64,000 bases of DNA from Escherichia coli (GTDB taxonomy: Bacteria; Pseudomonadota; Gammaproteobacteria; Enterobacterales; Enterobacteriaceae): assembly GCF_013315695.1 (NCBI RefSeq), contig NZ_CP054353.1; one strand, 5' to 3'. The notes below the pieces were generated by a model. It made no database searches and was not told where the DNA came from. It saw only the letters and a program-made list of their open reading frames with translations. Both the position numbers and the translations under genes were made by a program. Numbering within the stretch: position 1 is the first letter of the stretch; the number at the start of each line of letters is the position of its first letter. Positions 15,128 through 28,563 of the stretch are shown here, in pieces.

Positions 15128-15258
15128 CTACCCCTTCGAATAGCCTATGCCAGCACACAAAAAGTTTTGGGAAAAAAACTTTCTTGTAACGTGGGGTCGC
15201 AGGATTATAGAGAAGTCGGGGTCAAAGATCGACCCCTTTTTGTGATTTGTGGCAGGTT

Positions 15259-16386
15259 TTAACCCGCTAAATGCTCGCGCTTCAGATACTCTTCGCTTTG
15301 CATCTCTTGCAGACGTGACAGGCAACGCTGGAACTCAAATTTCAGCCGCTCGCCCTGATAAATGTCATATAGCGGCACTTCTGCACTCACCACTAATTTG
15401 ACATGGCGCTCGTAAAACTCATCCACCAGCGCAATAAAGCGCCGCGCTTCGCTCTCCATCAACCGCGTCATAACTGGTACATCAAACAACATGACCGTGT
15501 GAAAGAGGCGTGAGAGCGCAATATAGTCATGCTGACTGCGGGCGTCGACGCACAGCGTAGTAAAAGAGACCGCCAGCGTCTGGTTCTCGACGCCCATTGT
15601 CGCCAATGGCCGATGGTTGATTTCTAATGTCGGTGAATTTTCTCGTTTCGCCCCCGCCAGCGCCAACCATAGTTTATCCATTTGCGCCCGAGTTTCATCG
15701 TTGAGGGGCGAAAGCCACAGATGCGCCTGAGTGAGTGTACGCAGTCGATAATCAACACCAGCGTCCACGTTCATTACATCACAATGCTGTTTAATGGCAT
15801 CGATTGCAGGCAAAAAACGCGCACGTTGTAGGCCATTTCGATAAAGTTCGTCCGGCGGAATATTTGACGTCGCTACCAGGGTAATACCGCGGGCGAACAG
15901 GGCTTTCATCAGACCGCCAAGTAGCATGGCATCGGTAATATCAGAAACAAAAAATTCGTCAAAACAGAGCACGTCAGTTTCTGCTTTAAAGCGATCAGCA
16001 ATAATTTCCAGCGGATCGGTCTGCCCCTGTAAGGCAGTTAGCTCTTCATGCACCCGCAGCATAAAACGGTGAAAGTGCAGGCGCTGTTTCCGCTCTCCCG
16101 GCAGGCTTTGATAGAAAAGGTCCATCAGCCAGGTTTTCCCGCGTCCTACACCGCCCCACATATATAAGCCACGCACTGGCGTATGCTTTGTGTCTTCGCG
16201 TTTACCCCACAGCTTACCGACCCGCGCCATTAGCCCACTCGTCGTGGGGGCTGGAGGCGTGCTATTGATGAGTTCCTGATAAATAATTTCCAGGCGGCTG
16301 ACGGCCTCTTTTTGAACGTCGTCGGGTTGATGGCTGCCTTCATTGAGCGCCTTCAGGTATTGCGATGTTGGGGTAACGCTTTGCAT
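15259..16386 (-). CDS. zapE: cell division AAA-ATPase ZapE (YhcM)
   Basis: 375-aa ORF with Walker A GGVGRGKT. Confidence 0.9.
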   Translation of the reverse strand: MQSVTPTSQYLKALNEGSHQPDDVQKEAVSRLEIIYQELINSTPPAPTTSGLMARVGKLWGKREDTKHTPVRGLYMWGGVGRGKTWLMDLFYQSLPGERKQRLHFHRFMLRVHEELTALQGQTDPLEIIADRFKAETDVLCFDEFFVSDITDAMLLGGLMKALFARGITLVATSNIPPDELYRNGLQRARFLPAIDAIKQHCDVMNVDAGVDYRLRTLTQAHLWLSPLNDETRAQMDKLWLALAGAKRENSPTLEINHRPLATMGVENQTLAVSFTTLCVDARSQHDYIALSRLFHTVMLFDVPVMTRLMESEARRFIALVDEFYERHVKLVVSAEVPLYDIYQGERLKFEFQRCLSRLQEMQSEEYLKREHLAG

Positions 16387-16578
16387 GATCTTATTGTTAT
16401 TCCTTGAATAATCGGTGCGCCGTTGTTCACGGTTGACGAAAAAAGGCCGTTCTACACTACGCGATATGCAGTCGGGATTCCACTTCTGTGGAATTAACGG
16501 TTATAGTGGCATAATCAGCCGCAGGCATGGAGCCTGAAGCCAACACCCTACGGAAACAAAAGACAACGGGAGATGTTC

Positions 16579-16977
16579 ATGACCTGGGAATATGCGCTAA
16601 TTGGGTTAGTCGTCGGCATCATTATTGGTGCTGTGGCCATGCGTTTTGGTAATCGTAAACTACGCCAGCAACAGGCGTTGCAGTACGAACTGGAAAAGAA
16701 TAAAGCTGAACTGGACGAGTATCGCGAAGAGCTGGTTAGCCACTTTGCCCGCAGCGCGGAATTACTGGATACCATGGCGCACGACTATCGCCAGCTGTAT
16801 CAGCACATGGCGAAAAGCTCCAGTAGCCTGCTGCCGGAACTGTCTGCGGAAGCAAACCCGTTCCGTAATCGTCTGGCAGAGTCTGAAGCCAGCAACGATC
16901 AGGCACCGGTGCAGATGCCTCGCGACTATTCTGAAGGCGCATCCGGCCTGCTGCGTACTGGCGCGAAGCGCGACTAA
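16579..16977 (+). CDS. yhcB: inner membrane protein YhcB/ZapG (DUF1043)
   Basis: 132-aa protein with one N-terminal TM helix then coiled coil; start at MTWEY. Confidence 0.9.
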   Translation: MTWEYALIGLVVGIIIGAVAMRFGNRKLRQQQALQYELEKNKAELDEYREELVSHFARSAELLDTMAHDYRQLYQHMAKSSSSLLPELSAEANPFRNRLAESEASNDQAPVQMPRDYSEGASGLLRTGAKRD

Positions 16978-17130
16978 TTTATTTTTCGGGCGCAGCCATT
17001 GCGCCCTCCTCTTCTCTCCCTCCCCGACTATCATTTAATCTGGTGTCTCATTGTTAGCCGTCTGAAAATTCAATAACATCAAACTGTTTTGAATCTCTTT
17101 TCTTATCATTCAGGTACGAGAGCAGGAATA

Positions 17131-18498
17131 ATGAAAAAACAAACCCAGCTGTTGAGTGCATTAGCGTTAAGTGTCGGGTTAACTCTCTCGGCGTCATTTC
17201 AGGCCGTCGCGTCGATTCCAGGCCAGGTTGCCGATCAGGCCCCCCTCCCCAGTCTGGCTCCAATGCTGGAAAAAGTGCTTCCGGCAGTGGTGAGCGTACG
17301 GGTGGAAGGAACGGCCAGTCAGGGACAGAAAATCCCGGAAGAATTCAAAAAGTTTTTTGGTGATGATTTACCGGATCAACCTGCACAACCCTTCGAAGGT
17401 TTAGGCTCCGGTGTCATCATCAACGCCAGTAAAGGCTATGTACTGACCAACAACCATGTGATTAATCAGGCACAGAAAATCAGTATTCAGCTCAATGATG
17501 GGCGCGAGTTTGATGCAAAACTGATTGGTAGCGATGACCAGAGCGATATCGCCCTGTTACAAATTCAAAACCCGAGCAAATTAACGCAAATCGCTATTGC
17601 CGACTCCGATAAATTGCGCGTCGGTGATTTTGCCGTGGCGGTCGGTAACCCATTTGGCCTTGGGCAAACCGCCACCTCTGGCATTGTTTCCGCATTAGGC
17701 CGCAGCGGGTTGAATCTTGAAGGTCTGGAAAACTTTATCCAGACAGATGCTTCCATTAACCGCGGTAACTCCGGCGGAGCACTGTTAAACCTTAACGGTG
17801 AGTTAATTGGCATCAACACGGCAATCCTTGCGCCTGGCGGTGGGAGCGTCGGGATTGGATTTGCCATCCCCAGTAATATGGCGCGAACACTGGCGCAGCA
17901 GCTTATCGACTTCGGTGAAATCAAACGCGGTCTGTTAGGCATCAAAGGCACCGAGATGAGTGCCGATATCGCCAAAGCCTTCAACCTTGACGTGCAGCGT
18001 GGCGCGTTTGTCAGCGAAGTGTTGCCAGGTTCTGGCTCGGCAAAAGCGGGCATCAAAGCGGGCGATATTATTACCAGCCTCAACGGCAAACCGCTGAATA
18101 GCTTTGCTGAGTTGCGCTCTCGTATCGCGACCACCGAGCCGGGCACAAAAGTGAAACTTGGCCTGCTGCGTAACGGCAAACCACTGGAAGTAGAAGTGAC
18201 GCTCGATACCAGCACCTCTTCGTCGGCCAGCGCTGAAATGATCACGCCAGCGCTGGAAGGTGCAACGTTGAGCGATGGTCAGCTAAAAGATGGCGGCAAA
18301 GGTATTAAGATCGATGAGGTTGTCAAAGGAAGCCCAGCTGCTCAGGCTGGCTTGCAAAAAGACGATGTGATCATTGGCGTCAACCGCGATCGGGTGAACT
18401 CGATTGCTGAAATGCGTAAAGTGCTGGCGGCAAAACCGGCCATCATCGCCCTGCAAATTGTACGCGGCAATGAAAGCATCTATCTGCTGATGCGTTAA
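17131..18498 (+). CDS. degQ: periplasmic serine endoprotease DegQ
   Basis: Signal peptide, trypsin-like catalytic triad region (GNSGGAL) and two PDZ domains; 455 aa from MKKQTQLL. Confidence 0.95.
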   Translation: MKKQTQLLSALALSVGLTLSASFQAVASIPGQVADQAPLPSLAPMLEKVLPAVVSVRVEGTASQGQKIPEEFKKFFGDDLPDQPAQPFEGLGSGVIINASKGYVLTNNHVINQAQKISIQLNDGREFDAKLIGSDDQSDIALLQIQNPSKLTQIAIADSDKLRVGDFAVAVGNPFGLGQTATSGIVSALGRSGLNLEGLENFIQTDASINRGNSGGALLNLNGELIGINTAILAPGGGSVGIGFAIPSNMARTLAQQLIDFGEIKRGLLGIKGTEMSADIAKAFNLDVQRGAFVSEVLPGSGSAKAGIKAGDIITSLNGKPLNSFAELRSRIATTEPGTKVKLGLLRNGKPLEVEVTLDTSTSSSASAEMITPALEGATLSDGQLKDGGKGIKIDEVVKGSPAAQAGLQKDDVIIGVNRDRVNSIAEMRKVLAAKPAIIALQIVRGNESIYLLMR

Positions 18499-18587
18499 TG
18501 TCGTAAACCGGGCATCAGGCTGACGTGTGATGTCCGGTTAACTCGTGGTATGCTGCTGCCGTTCCCTTTTTTAATGACGCCTCCATC

Positions 18588-19655
18588 ATGTTTGTGAAGC
18601 TCTTACGTTCCGTTGCGATTGGATTAATTGTCGGCGCTATTCTGCTGGTTGCCATGCCTTCGCTGCGCAGCCTTAACCCGCTTTCCACTCCGCAATTTGA
18701 CAGTACCGATGAGACGCCTGCCAGCTATAATCTGGCGGTTCGCCGCGCCGCACCAGCGGTGGTTAACGTTTACAACCGTGGTTTGAACACCAACTCTCAC
18801 AACCAGCTTGAGATCCGCACCCTGGGATCCGGTGTAATCATGGATCAACGCGGTTATATCATCACCAATAAACACGTCATCAACGACGCCGATCAGATCA
18901 TCGTCGCCTTACAAGATGGACGTGTATTTGAAGCATTGCTGGTGGGATCTGACTCTCTAACCGATCTGGCGGTACTTAAAATTAATGCCACTGGCGGTTT
19001 ACCTACCATTCCAATTAATGCACGTCGCGTACCGCACATTGGTGACGTGGTACTGGCGATCGGTAACCCGTACAACCTCGGGCAGACCATTACCCAGGGG
19101 ATTATTAGTGCCACGGGTCGAATTGGTCTGAACCCAACCGGGCGGCAAAACTTCCTGCAAACTGATGCTTCCATTAATCACGGTAACTCTGGCGGCGCGC
19201 TGGTGAACTCGCTGGGCGAACTGATGGGCATTAACACGCTATCGTTTGATAAGAGTAACGATGGCGAAACGCCGGAAGGTATCGGCTTTGCGATTCCTTT
19301 CCAGTTAGCAACCAAAATTATGGATAAACTGATCCGCGATGGTCGCGTGATCCGCGGCTACATTGGCATTGGTGGACGTGAGATCGCACCACTGCACGCG
19401 CAAGGCGGTGGTATAGATCAACTGCAAGGGATCGTGGTTAATGAAGTGTCACCTGACGGCCCGGCGGCGAATGCGGGTATTCAGGTCAATGATTTGATTA
19501 TTTCGGTGGATAACAAACCGGCCATCTCTGCTCTGGAGACGATGGATCAGGTGGCGGAAATTCGCCCTGGCTCGGTGATCCCGGTTGTAGTGATGCGTGA
19601 TGATAAGCAGTTAACGCTGCAGGTCACCATTCAGGAATATCCGGCAACCAATTAA
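18588..19655 (+). CDS. degS: envelope-stress sensor protease DegS
   Basis: 355-aa HtrA-family protease with N-terminal TM anchor and single PDZ domain. Confidence 0.95.
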   Translation: MFVKLLRSVAIGLIVGAILLVAMPSLRSLNPLSTPQFDSTDETPASYNLAVRRAAPAVVNVYNRGLNTNSHNQLEIRTLGSGVIMDQRGYIITNKHVINDADQIIVALQDGRVFEALLVGSDSLTDLAVLKINATGGLPTIPINARRVPHIGDVVLAIGNPYNLGQTITQGIISATGRIGLNPTGRQNFLQTDASINHGNSGGALVNSLGELMGINTLSFDKSNDGETPEGIGFAIPFQLATKIMDKLIRDGRVIRGYIGIGGREIAPLHAQGGGIDQLQGIVVNEVSPDGPAANAGIQVNDLIISVDNKPAISALETMDQVAEIRPGSVIPVVVMRDDKQLTLQVTIQEYPATN

Positions 19656-19671
19656 GTCGTGCGCTCAAAAC

Positions 19672-19701
19672 AAAAAACCGGAGTCTGTGCTCCGGTTTTT
19701 T
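19672..19701. terminator. bidirectional rho-independent terminator between degS and mdh
   Basis: CCGGAG-TCTGTG-CTCCGG hairpin flanked by A6 and T6. Confidence 0.8.
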
Positions 19702-19717
19702 ATTATCCGCTAATCAA

Positions 19718-20731
<1,014 letters not shown>

Positions 20732-21028
20732 TTACAATGACCACATCTCAAGAATGTGTAGTCACGCAAGTTTAGCGTTTATGCATTTAATTGCCGTAAT
20801 CAGGAACCTAACTTACGTAATTAACAGTCGCTTATGCATTAGCGCAACATTCCAACAGGTGGTGACAATATACCCTACCGTTCAGCCAAAACAACATCAA
20901 TTTGATAACAATTAATTTACTTTTAAGCAGAATTTGCATGCCGTGACGCAGGCATGTTTCTCAATAACGAAATTTGATAAAATCCCGCTCTTTCATAACA
21001 TTATTTCAGCCTTCTTCAGGGCTGACTG

Positions 21029-21064
21029 TTTGCATAAAAATTCATCTGTATGCACAATAATGTT
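21029..21064 (+). promoter_or_regulatory. tandem ARG boxes (ArgR autoregulatory operator) upstream of argR
   Basis: TTTGCATAAAAATTCATC followed by TGTATGCACAATAATGTT, matching the ARG-box pattern TGAAT/ATTCA, about 30 bp before the argR start. Confidence 0.6.
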
Positions 21065-21087
21065 GTATCAACCACCATATCGGGTGA

Positions 21088-21561
<474 letters not shown>

Positions 21562-21924
21562 TCTCTGCCCCGTCGCTTCTGGCGGCGGGGAAAATGTTGC
21601 TTATCCCTCTCAAACCCCTGCTTTCCCCTGCGATTAATTTAACGAATAGTGCGTTTTACTGCGACATATCATTCACACAATGAATGCATATAGTAAAAAA
21701 GCACATTATGCAAAATTCATTATCTAATTGAAAACACGATAATTAACAATAAATTATCGTGTTTTTAATTCTTTTTTGTTATTAAAATTCACATTTTTAA
21801 CACTTAGTATCAACTGAAACAGTTAGCGTGGTATTAATTAGTTCAATAATTAGTGTATACTTGATTTTGTGATATGGGTCACGAAACAAAGGCCCAGCTA
21901 AAAGATTATGTCGAGGTAAAAATC

Positions 21925-22188
21925 ATGAAAATCAAAACCACTGTTGCTGCATTAAGCGTACTTTCTGTTCTCTCTTTCGGTGCATTCGCTGCCGACTCCA
22001 TTGATGCTGCACAAGCACAAAATCGTGAAGCAATCGGGACCGTATCCGTAAGTGGTGTGGCGTCTTCGCCAATGGATATGCGTGAAATGCTGAACAAAAA
22101 AGCAGAAGAGAAAGGCGCAACGGCCTACCAGATTACTGAAGCTCGTAGCGGTGACACCTGGCACGCTACGGCTGAACTGTACAAATAA
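21925..22188 (+). CDS. yhcN: periplasmic stress protein YhcN (DUF1471)
   Basis: 87-aa secreted protein with signal peptide; start at MKIKTTVAAL. Confidence 0.85.
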   Translation: MKIKTTVAALSVLSVLSFGAFAADSIDAAQAQNREAIGTVSVSGVASSPMDMREMLNKKAEEKGATAYQITEARSGDTWHATAELYK

Positions 22189-22214
22189 ACCCTCATCATC
22201 TTGTCCGACGATAT

Positions 22215-22240
22215 TGCCCCCGGTTCGGGGGCTTTTTTTT
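22215..22240. terminator. bidirectional rho-independent terminator between yhcN and yhcO
   Basis: GCCCCCGG-TTCG-GGGGC hairpin followed by T8. Confidence 0.8.
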
Positions 22241-22243
22241 GCG

Positions 22244-22516
22244 CTAATGACGAACATTAAAACGCAAATGCCCTTCCAGCTCTTCCTCTGCCTCATCAAA
22301 CAGCAATATTAACGCGCCAAAACGGCGACGCGTTTTCTCTCCCAGATGAACAAATTCAATCTCAAGTGGTAGCGGCAGGACATCGTTCATTAACACATCC
22401 CATAGAGAGTCGAGATCGCGTACTTTATCTTTTGCCAGACCAAAGGTTTGGCTGAAGTCGCGGTAAAAATCCTCCTGACTCTCAATCTCATCAAAATCAA
22501 AGGTATAAATATTCAT
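22244..22516 (-). CDS. yhcO: barstar-like protein YhcO
   Basis: 90-aa acidic ORF; conserved position before aaeB. Confidence 0.8.
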   Translation of the reverse strand: MNIYTFDFDEIESQEDFYRDFSQTFGLAKDKVRDLDSLWDVLMNDVLPLPLEIEFVHLGEKTRRRFGALILLFDEAEEELEGHLRFNVRH

Positions 22517-22607
22517 CTGTTGCCACCGTCACGTTTCGCGGCGAGTTCTGCCGTTCATTGCTAAGTATAGCCATGAAAAAACCGACGCTTTTGGCGTCGG
22601 TTTTGAC

Positions 22608-24575
22608 TTAACTATCGGTCAACGCATGTTGATACTTATGGAGCATACCCGTAAGCCGATGTACTGGTTCCGTCACCTGCGGTGGCGCTTGCCAGATGCG
22701 TAGCTTTTCCTGGTAGATTTCCAGTTCTTCCAGCAACTGGCCAAAGTACCGACGACGTTTATCATCGCTACGGGCAGATATCACATGGTCTGCTGTGCGG
22801 CGCATTTGCCGGTGAAATGCCGATAAATCCTCGTTAACCGGGATCGGCGCATCACGCAGGCGCTGGTGCGCGATAATCATCGTCAGTGCCAGGCGAAATT
22901 TCGGCAAATCCCCTGGGAACTTATTCATCAGCAAAAACAGCTGCTGATAAAGTGCCGGGAGGTGATTCTCTTTACGACGTGCCACATTGGTAGTCATCGC
23001 GGAAACAGCGGCAGAAACAAACTGATTAAGCAGTACACGTCCAGTCCTGTCGCGCGATTTATCCCGCACCAGCAAAATAACGGTGAACGCGAGCACACAG
23101 CCGACGATTTGCCCTAATGCGCTGTCGAGAAACTGACTGAAATGGAAAGTCATCGGGTTATCCAGCACGATAATATTTATGGTGCTGGCCAGCGCCCCCA
23201 TCGAGCCCAGTCGCCGTTTCTGTACTTCTATACCGAGGAAAAATCCCAGCACTGCCAGGCTAATACACAGCAATAACATGCTTTGTTGGGTATTAGGGAT
23301 AATCACCAAAAAGTAGAGCAGCCCTAACGGCAGCGCCGCCAGCGTCCCATAGATAAAGTCGATCGCCACCATGCGTGGATTCGGCAAACGCATTGCCAGT
23401 GACGTCACGACCGCAATCATCACCATTGCACCACTGCCGGAAGTCCAGCCCGTCCACAGCCAGAAAAGCGTGCCCAGAATGCAAGAAAGTGTGGTTCGCC
23501 AGAAGTTAACCATTGCATGATGACGTTCGGCTGACTCTACTTTTACTTCCGGTTCGCCTTGCAGGATCTCTTCTTCGGTGGCGTTAATTTTTGTGTTACT
23601 GATAACGCCGCGCTTGAGAAGCTGATAACGCGTTGCCGCCGCGACCCAGCTATAAATGGTAACAGGCGTTTCCCGTTCCCCGGTCCAGGCGATCACTCTC
23701 CGCAGGCGTTTGAGCTGCTTGTGGACGTCCTGCGCGGTTTCTACCGGCGTGTCAAAAAATTCGCGGAAAGTATCAGTGATCAATTCCGGGCGCGTATTCT
23801 GAATAAGATAAGTTTCGCAGGATTGTGTAATCAGCGTCAGCGATAGCGTATTGATCGCTTTTAAACGTCGATTGGCCCGCGCCCAGCGGGAAGATTCCAT
23901 ATTCAGGTTGCTGCGCATACCTTGTAACGCCGTAGTACGTCGCACCAGATCGCCCCAGGCTTTATCGACAACTTCACCATCGCCATGCTTGATACAGAGT
24001 TGCATTAATTGATATTGCGCGACCAGCAAACTTTCCAGCTCTCGATCCACTTCTTGTTTGATCGATCGCGGAGAAAAGAGCAAATCCGCCATAATTGCAC
24101 ACACAATACCGATAACGATCTCGCTACAACGTTCGACGGCAAACTGCGGCGTAAGCAATGGTTCCGGCTGAATGGTGATCACAATGATCAGCGCGGTATA
24201 ACCGGCCAGCCCCCACGCATACGAGTTTTCTATTCGTACCAGCGAGGATATCCAGGTACAAAAACCGGCCCAGATACAGCACACCAGAATCATCAATAAT
24301 GGTGCGCGGATCATCGCAATGATGATTACCAGTCCGGCAATACAGCCAATAAATGTGCCGATGATGCGCAAAAAGCCACGATAGCGAATGGCGCCAGAAT
24401 ACGGTTCACCTCCCGCAGCAAAGGCCGGACCGGCGGCAACAATCGCCGCTGTCAGTACCGCCCAGCGTGGCGTTTCCAGCTGGAAGTGAAAGCCAACAAA
24501 CAGCGCCAGTACAATGGCGGTCGCCAGTTTTACCGCAAAGCGAATATGTTGATTAGCAATGGACAAAATACCCAT
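22608..24575 (-). CDS. aaeB: p-hydroxybenzoic acid efflux pump subunit AaeB
   Basis: 655-aa polytopic membrane protein; aaeXAB operon. Confidence 0.92.
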   Translation of the reverse strand: MGILSIANQHIRFAVKLATAIVLALFVGFHFQLETPRWAVLTAAIVAAGPAFAAGGEPYSGAIRYRGFLRIIGTFIGCIAGLVIIIAMIRAPLLMILVCCIWAGFCTWISSLVRIENSYAWGLAGYTALIIVITIQPEPLLTPQFAVERCSEIVIGIVCAIMADLLFSPRSIKQEVDRELESLLVAQYQLMQLCIKHGDGEVVDKAWGDLVRRTTALQGMRSNLNMESSRWARANRRLKAINTLSLTLITQSCETYLIQNTRPELITDTFREFFDTPVETAQDVHKQLKRLRRVIAWTGERETPVTIYSWVAAATRYQLLKRGVISNTKINATEEEILQGEPEVKVESAERHHAMVNFWRTTLSCILGTLFWLWTGWTSGSGAMVMIAVVTSLAMRLPNPRMVAIDFIYGTLAALPLGLLYFLVIIPNTQQSMLLLCISLAVLGFFLGIEVQKRRLGSMGALASTINIIVLDNPMTFHFSQFLDSALGQIVGCVLAFTVILLVRDKSRDRTGRVLLNQFVSAAVSAMTTNVARRKENHLPALYQQLFLLMNKFPGDLPKFRLALTMIIAHQRLRDAPIPVNEDLSAFHRQMRRTADHVISARSDDKRRRYFGQLLEELEIYQEKLRIWQAPPQVTEPVHRLTGMLHKYQHALTDS

Positions 24576-24580
24576 CGTGA

Positions 24581-25513
24581 TTAACCAAACTCACGCAGGC
24601 GATGGGCCATTTTACGGAAGAACGAATCCTGGCTTTCGTCGCGATCTTGTTTGCCAGTGACCACCACTGTAGCAGTGGTGCCCGCAGGCCAGATGTTCTC
24701 TTGCTGGTTGTCGAGACGAATGCGTACCGGAACACGTTGCGCCAAACGTACCCATTCAAGGTTAGAGTCGATGGTCGCCATCCCTTTGTCGTCACGCGTG
24801 CTGCTGGCGTTGGTGACCCCTGCGGCAACACTATCAACAGTCCCTTTCAGCACTTTGTTACTGCCAAGCGGCGTGATCTCTGCACGATACCCAGGGCGCA
24901 CTCCTTCCAGCTTGGTTTCTTCCATATAGGCCAGTACATAGAAAGAGTTCTGTTTCACCAGCGCAACCGCCGTTGATCCACGGGTAATAAACTCACCGGT
25001 ATAGACGTTGAGGTTGGTCACCCAGCCATCTGCTGGCGCGCGGATCACCGTGCGTTCAAGATCCAGTTTTGCCAGATCGCGGGTCGCCTGCGCTTTCGCT
25101 AACTGATGCAGAACCGTTTGTAGTACGTTGTTGGCCTGATCGATCTCTTCGCGAGACATCGCCTGCACACCGAGACGGTTACGACGTCCGGCCTCCTGGC
25201 GTTTCTCCTGTGCCAGTACCTGATAATAAGCAACATCGGCTTGCGCTTCCTCAAGCGCCTTTTGATAGCGCGGCTGGTCGATGGTGAACAGTACCTGTCC
25301 TTTTTTCACCAGCTGGTTATCATGAACATTCACCTGGGTAATGAGTCCAGAAACGTCCGGCGCGATCGCAACGACGTCAGCGCTAAAGCGCGCGTCACGC
25401 GTCCACGGGGATTCGGTGTAATAGACCCAGGCATTAAAAATTGCGATGAAGGCCAGAATGACTAATACGACCGTGATGGCCGTACGGGAGAATTTTCTTA
25501 TTAGTGTTTTCAC
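24581..25513 (-). CDS. aaeA: efflux pump membrane fusion subunit AaeA
   Basis: 310-aa HlyD-like protein with N-terminal TM anchor. Confidence 0.92.
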
Positions 25514-25520
25514 TTCAACC

Positions 25521-25724
25521 TCAAACGAACAGTCGCGATATCAAATAAAACAAGCAGCAATAGAGCGCGGTGTTGAACAACGCCGGATGCCAGACAAAGT
25601 CGTAGATACCTGTTGGCACAAGTACCCGGCGCACCAGCCAGAAAATCGCCAGTGATAAAAGCAATTCAAAAAATATCGGTGGAAAGGACAGCCCAAACAC
25701 CACGATAACGGGAAACAGACTCAT
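25521..25724 (-). CDS. aaeX: small membrane protein AaeX
   Basis: 67-aa hydrophobic ORF from internal start [10 protein letters not shown]. Confidence 0.85.
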
Positions 25725-25906
25725 GTTGACCTTGGTTGTATAGAGAGAGCAGGCGTTATTATTTTCAGCATCTGTCGCCGCAGAGAAGGGCATGGAAAGC
25801 CGGGCGAGAGCAACATTGCTGTAGATTGATATTTAATATATTAGCGTAACTGTTATGCTGTTATCTATATTATGTGATCTAAATCACTTTTAAGTCAGAG
25901 TGAATA

Positions 25907-26836
25907 ATGGAACGACTAAAACGCATGTCGGTGTTTGCCAAAGTAGTTGAATTTGGCTCTTTTACCGCCGCCGCCAGACAGCTACAGATGAGCGTTTCGT
26001 CCATCAGTCAGACGGTGTCAAAACTGGAAGATGAGTTACAGGTAAAGCTGTTAAACCGTAGTACACGCAGCATTGGCCTGACCGAAGCCGGTAGAATTTA
26101 CTACCAGGGCTGCCGTCGGATGCTCCATGAAGTGCAGGATGTTCATGAGCAACTGTATGCCTTCAATAACACCCCCATCGGGACGCTGCGCATTGGCTGT
26201 TCTTCAACTATGGCACAAAATGTTCTCGCCGGGCTGACAGCAAAAATGCTGAAAGAATACCCAGGTTTGAGCGTCAATCTGGTTACCGGAATTCCTGCCC
26301 CCGACCTGATTGCCGACGGTCTGGATGTGGTGATCCGCGTCGGCGCGTTGCAGGATTCCAGCCTGTTTTCCCGCCGTCTGGGCGCGATGCCAATGGTGGT
26401 GTGCGCCGCGAAAAGCTATCTCACACAATACGGCATACCGGAAAAACCCGCCGATTTAAGTAGTCATTCATGGCTTGAATACAGCGTGCGACCCGACAAT
26501 GAATTTGAACTGATCGCACCGGAAGGGATCTCGACTCGCCTGATCCCGCAAGGGAGATTTGTGACTAATGATCCGATGACGCTGGTGCGCTGGCTGACTG
26601 CAGGCGCTGGGATCGCCTACGTGCCGCTGATGTGGGTGATCAACGAGATTAATCGCGGGGAGCTGGAGATCCTGCTGCCACGTTACCAGTCAGATCCACG
26701 CCCGGTTTATGCGTTATATACCGAAAAAGATAAGCTGCCGCTGAAGGTACAAGTCGTGATCAACTCGCTAACGGATTATTTTGTTGAGGTCGGTAAATTG
26801 TTTCAGGAGATGCACGGGCGCGGGAAAGAGAAGTAA
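25907..26836 (+). CDS. aaeR: LysR-family activator of aaeXAB
   Basis: 309-aa LysR-type regulator with N-terminal HTH; divergent from aaeX. Confidence 0.92.
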   Translation: MERLKRMSVFAKVVEFGSFTAAARQLQMSVSSISQTVSKLEDELQVKLLNRSTRSIGLTEAGRIYYQGCRRMLHEVQDVHEQLYAFNNTPIGTLRIGCSSTMAQNVLAGLTAKMLKEYPGLSVNLVTGIPAPDLIADGLDVVIRVGALQDSSLFSRRLGAMPMVVCAAKSYLTQYGIPEKPADLSSHSWLEYSVRPDNEFELIAPEGISTRLIPQGRFVTNDPMTLVRWLTAGAGIAYVPLMWVINEINRGELEILLPRYQSDPRPVYALYTEKDKLPLKVQVVINSLTDYFVEVGKLFQEMHGRGKEK

Positions 26837-26875
26837 TTAATATTGTACTGTTACGTTGTACAAACCTGTGCCAAT

Positions 26876-26912
26876 GGGGTCCCCTCACCCTAATCCCAGA
26901 GGGCGAGGGGAC
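26876..26912. repeat. GC-rich palindromic intergenic repeat (GGTCCCCTC...GAGGGGACC)
   Basis: 9-bp perfect inverted arms; shares the CCCCTCACCC...GGCGAGGGG pattern with the 8257-8289 copy. Confidence 0.65.
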
Positions 26913-26962
26913 CGTTCGTGCACGTAAAAGGATTAATTATCCTTCTGAAAATACTGAAATTA

Positions 26963-28423
<1,461 letters not shown>

Positions 28424-28455
28424 TTAGTTACTGCAGTAGAGGATTTTTTACGGCT

Positions 28456-28489
28456 GCCGGATGCGGCGTGAACGCCCTGTCCGGCCTAC
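28456..28489. repeat. REP element
   Basis: GCCGGATGCGGCGTGAACGCCCTGTCCGGCCTAC matches the canonical enterobacterial REP consensus. Confidence 0.85.
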
Positions 28490-28563
28490 GGTTATGTTCC
28501 GGCTCGTTGGCCTTTGGCAACGATTATCATATGAGATTGGGGCAATTACGCGCCCTCGTCAAA

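Noticed and set aside
17565-18245. 226-aa minus-strand ORF inside degQ
   Set aside because: Antisense to degQ; Pro/Ser/Ala-rich low-complexity translation; no start context.
18506-18539. Hairpin between degQ and degS as a terminator
   Set aside because: 12-bp stem with one mismatch but no following T-tract; could be a processing or attenuation structure, and the evidence is too weak to annotate.
21562-21620. Possible terminator after argR (CCCCGTCGC...GCGGCGGGG)
   Set aside because: Imperfect stem and no downstream T-run on the argR strand.
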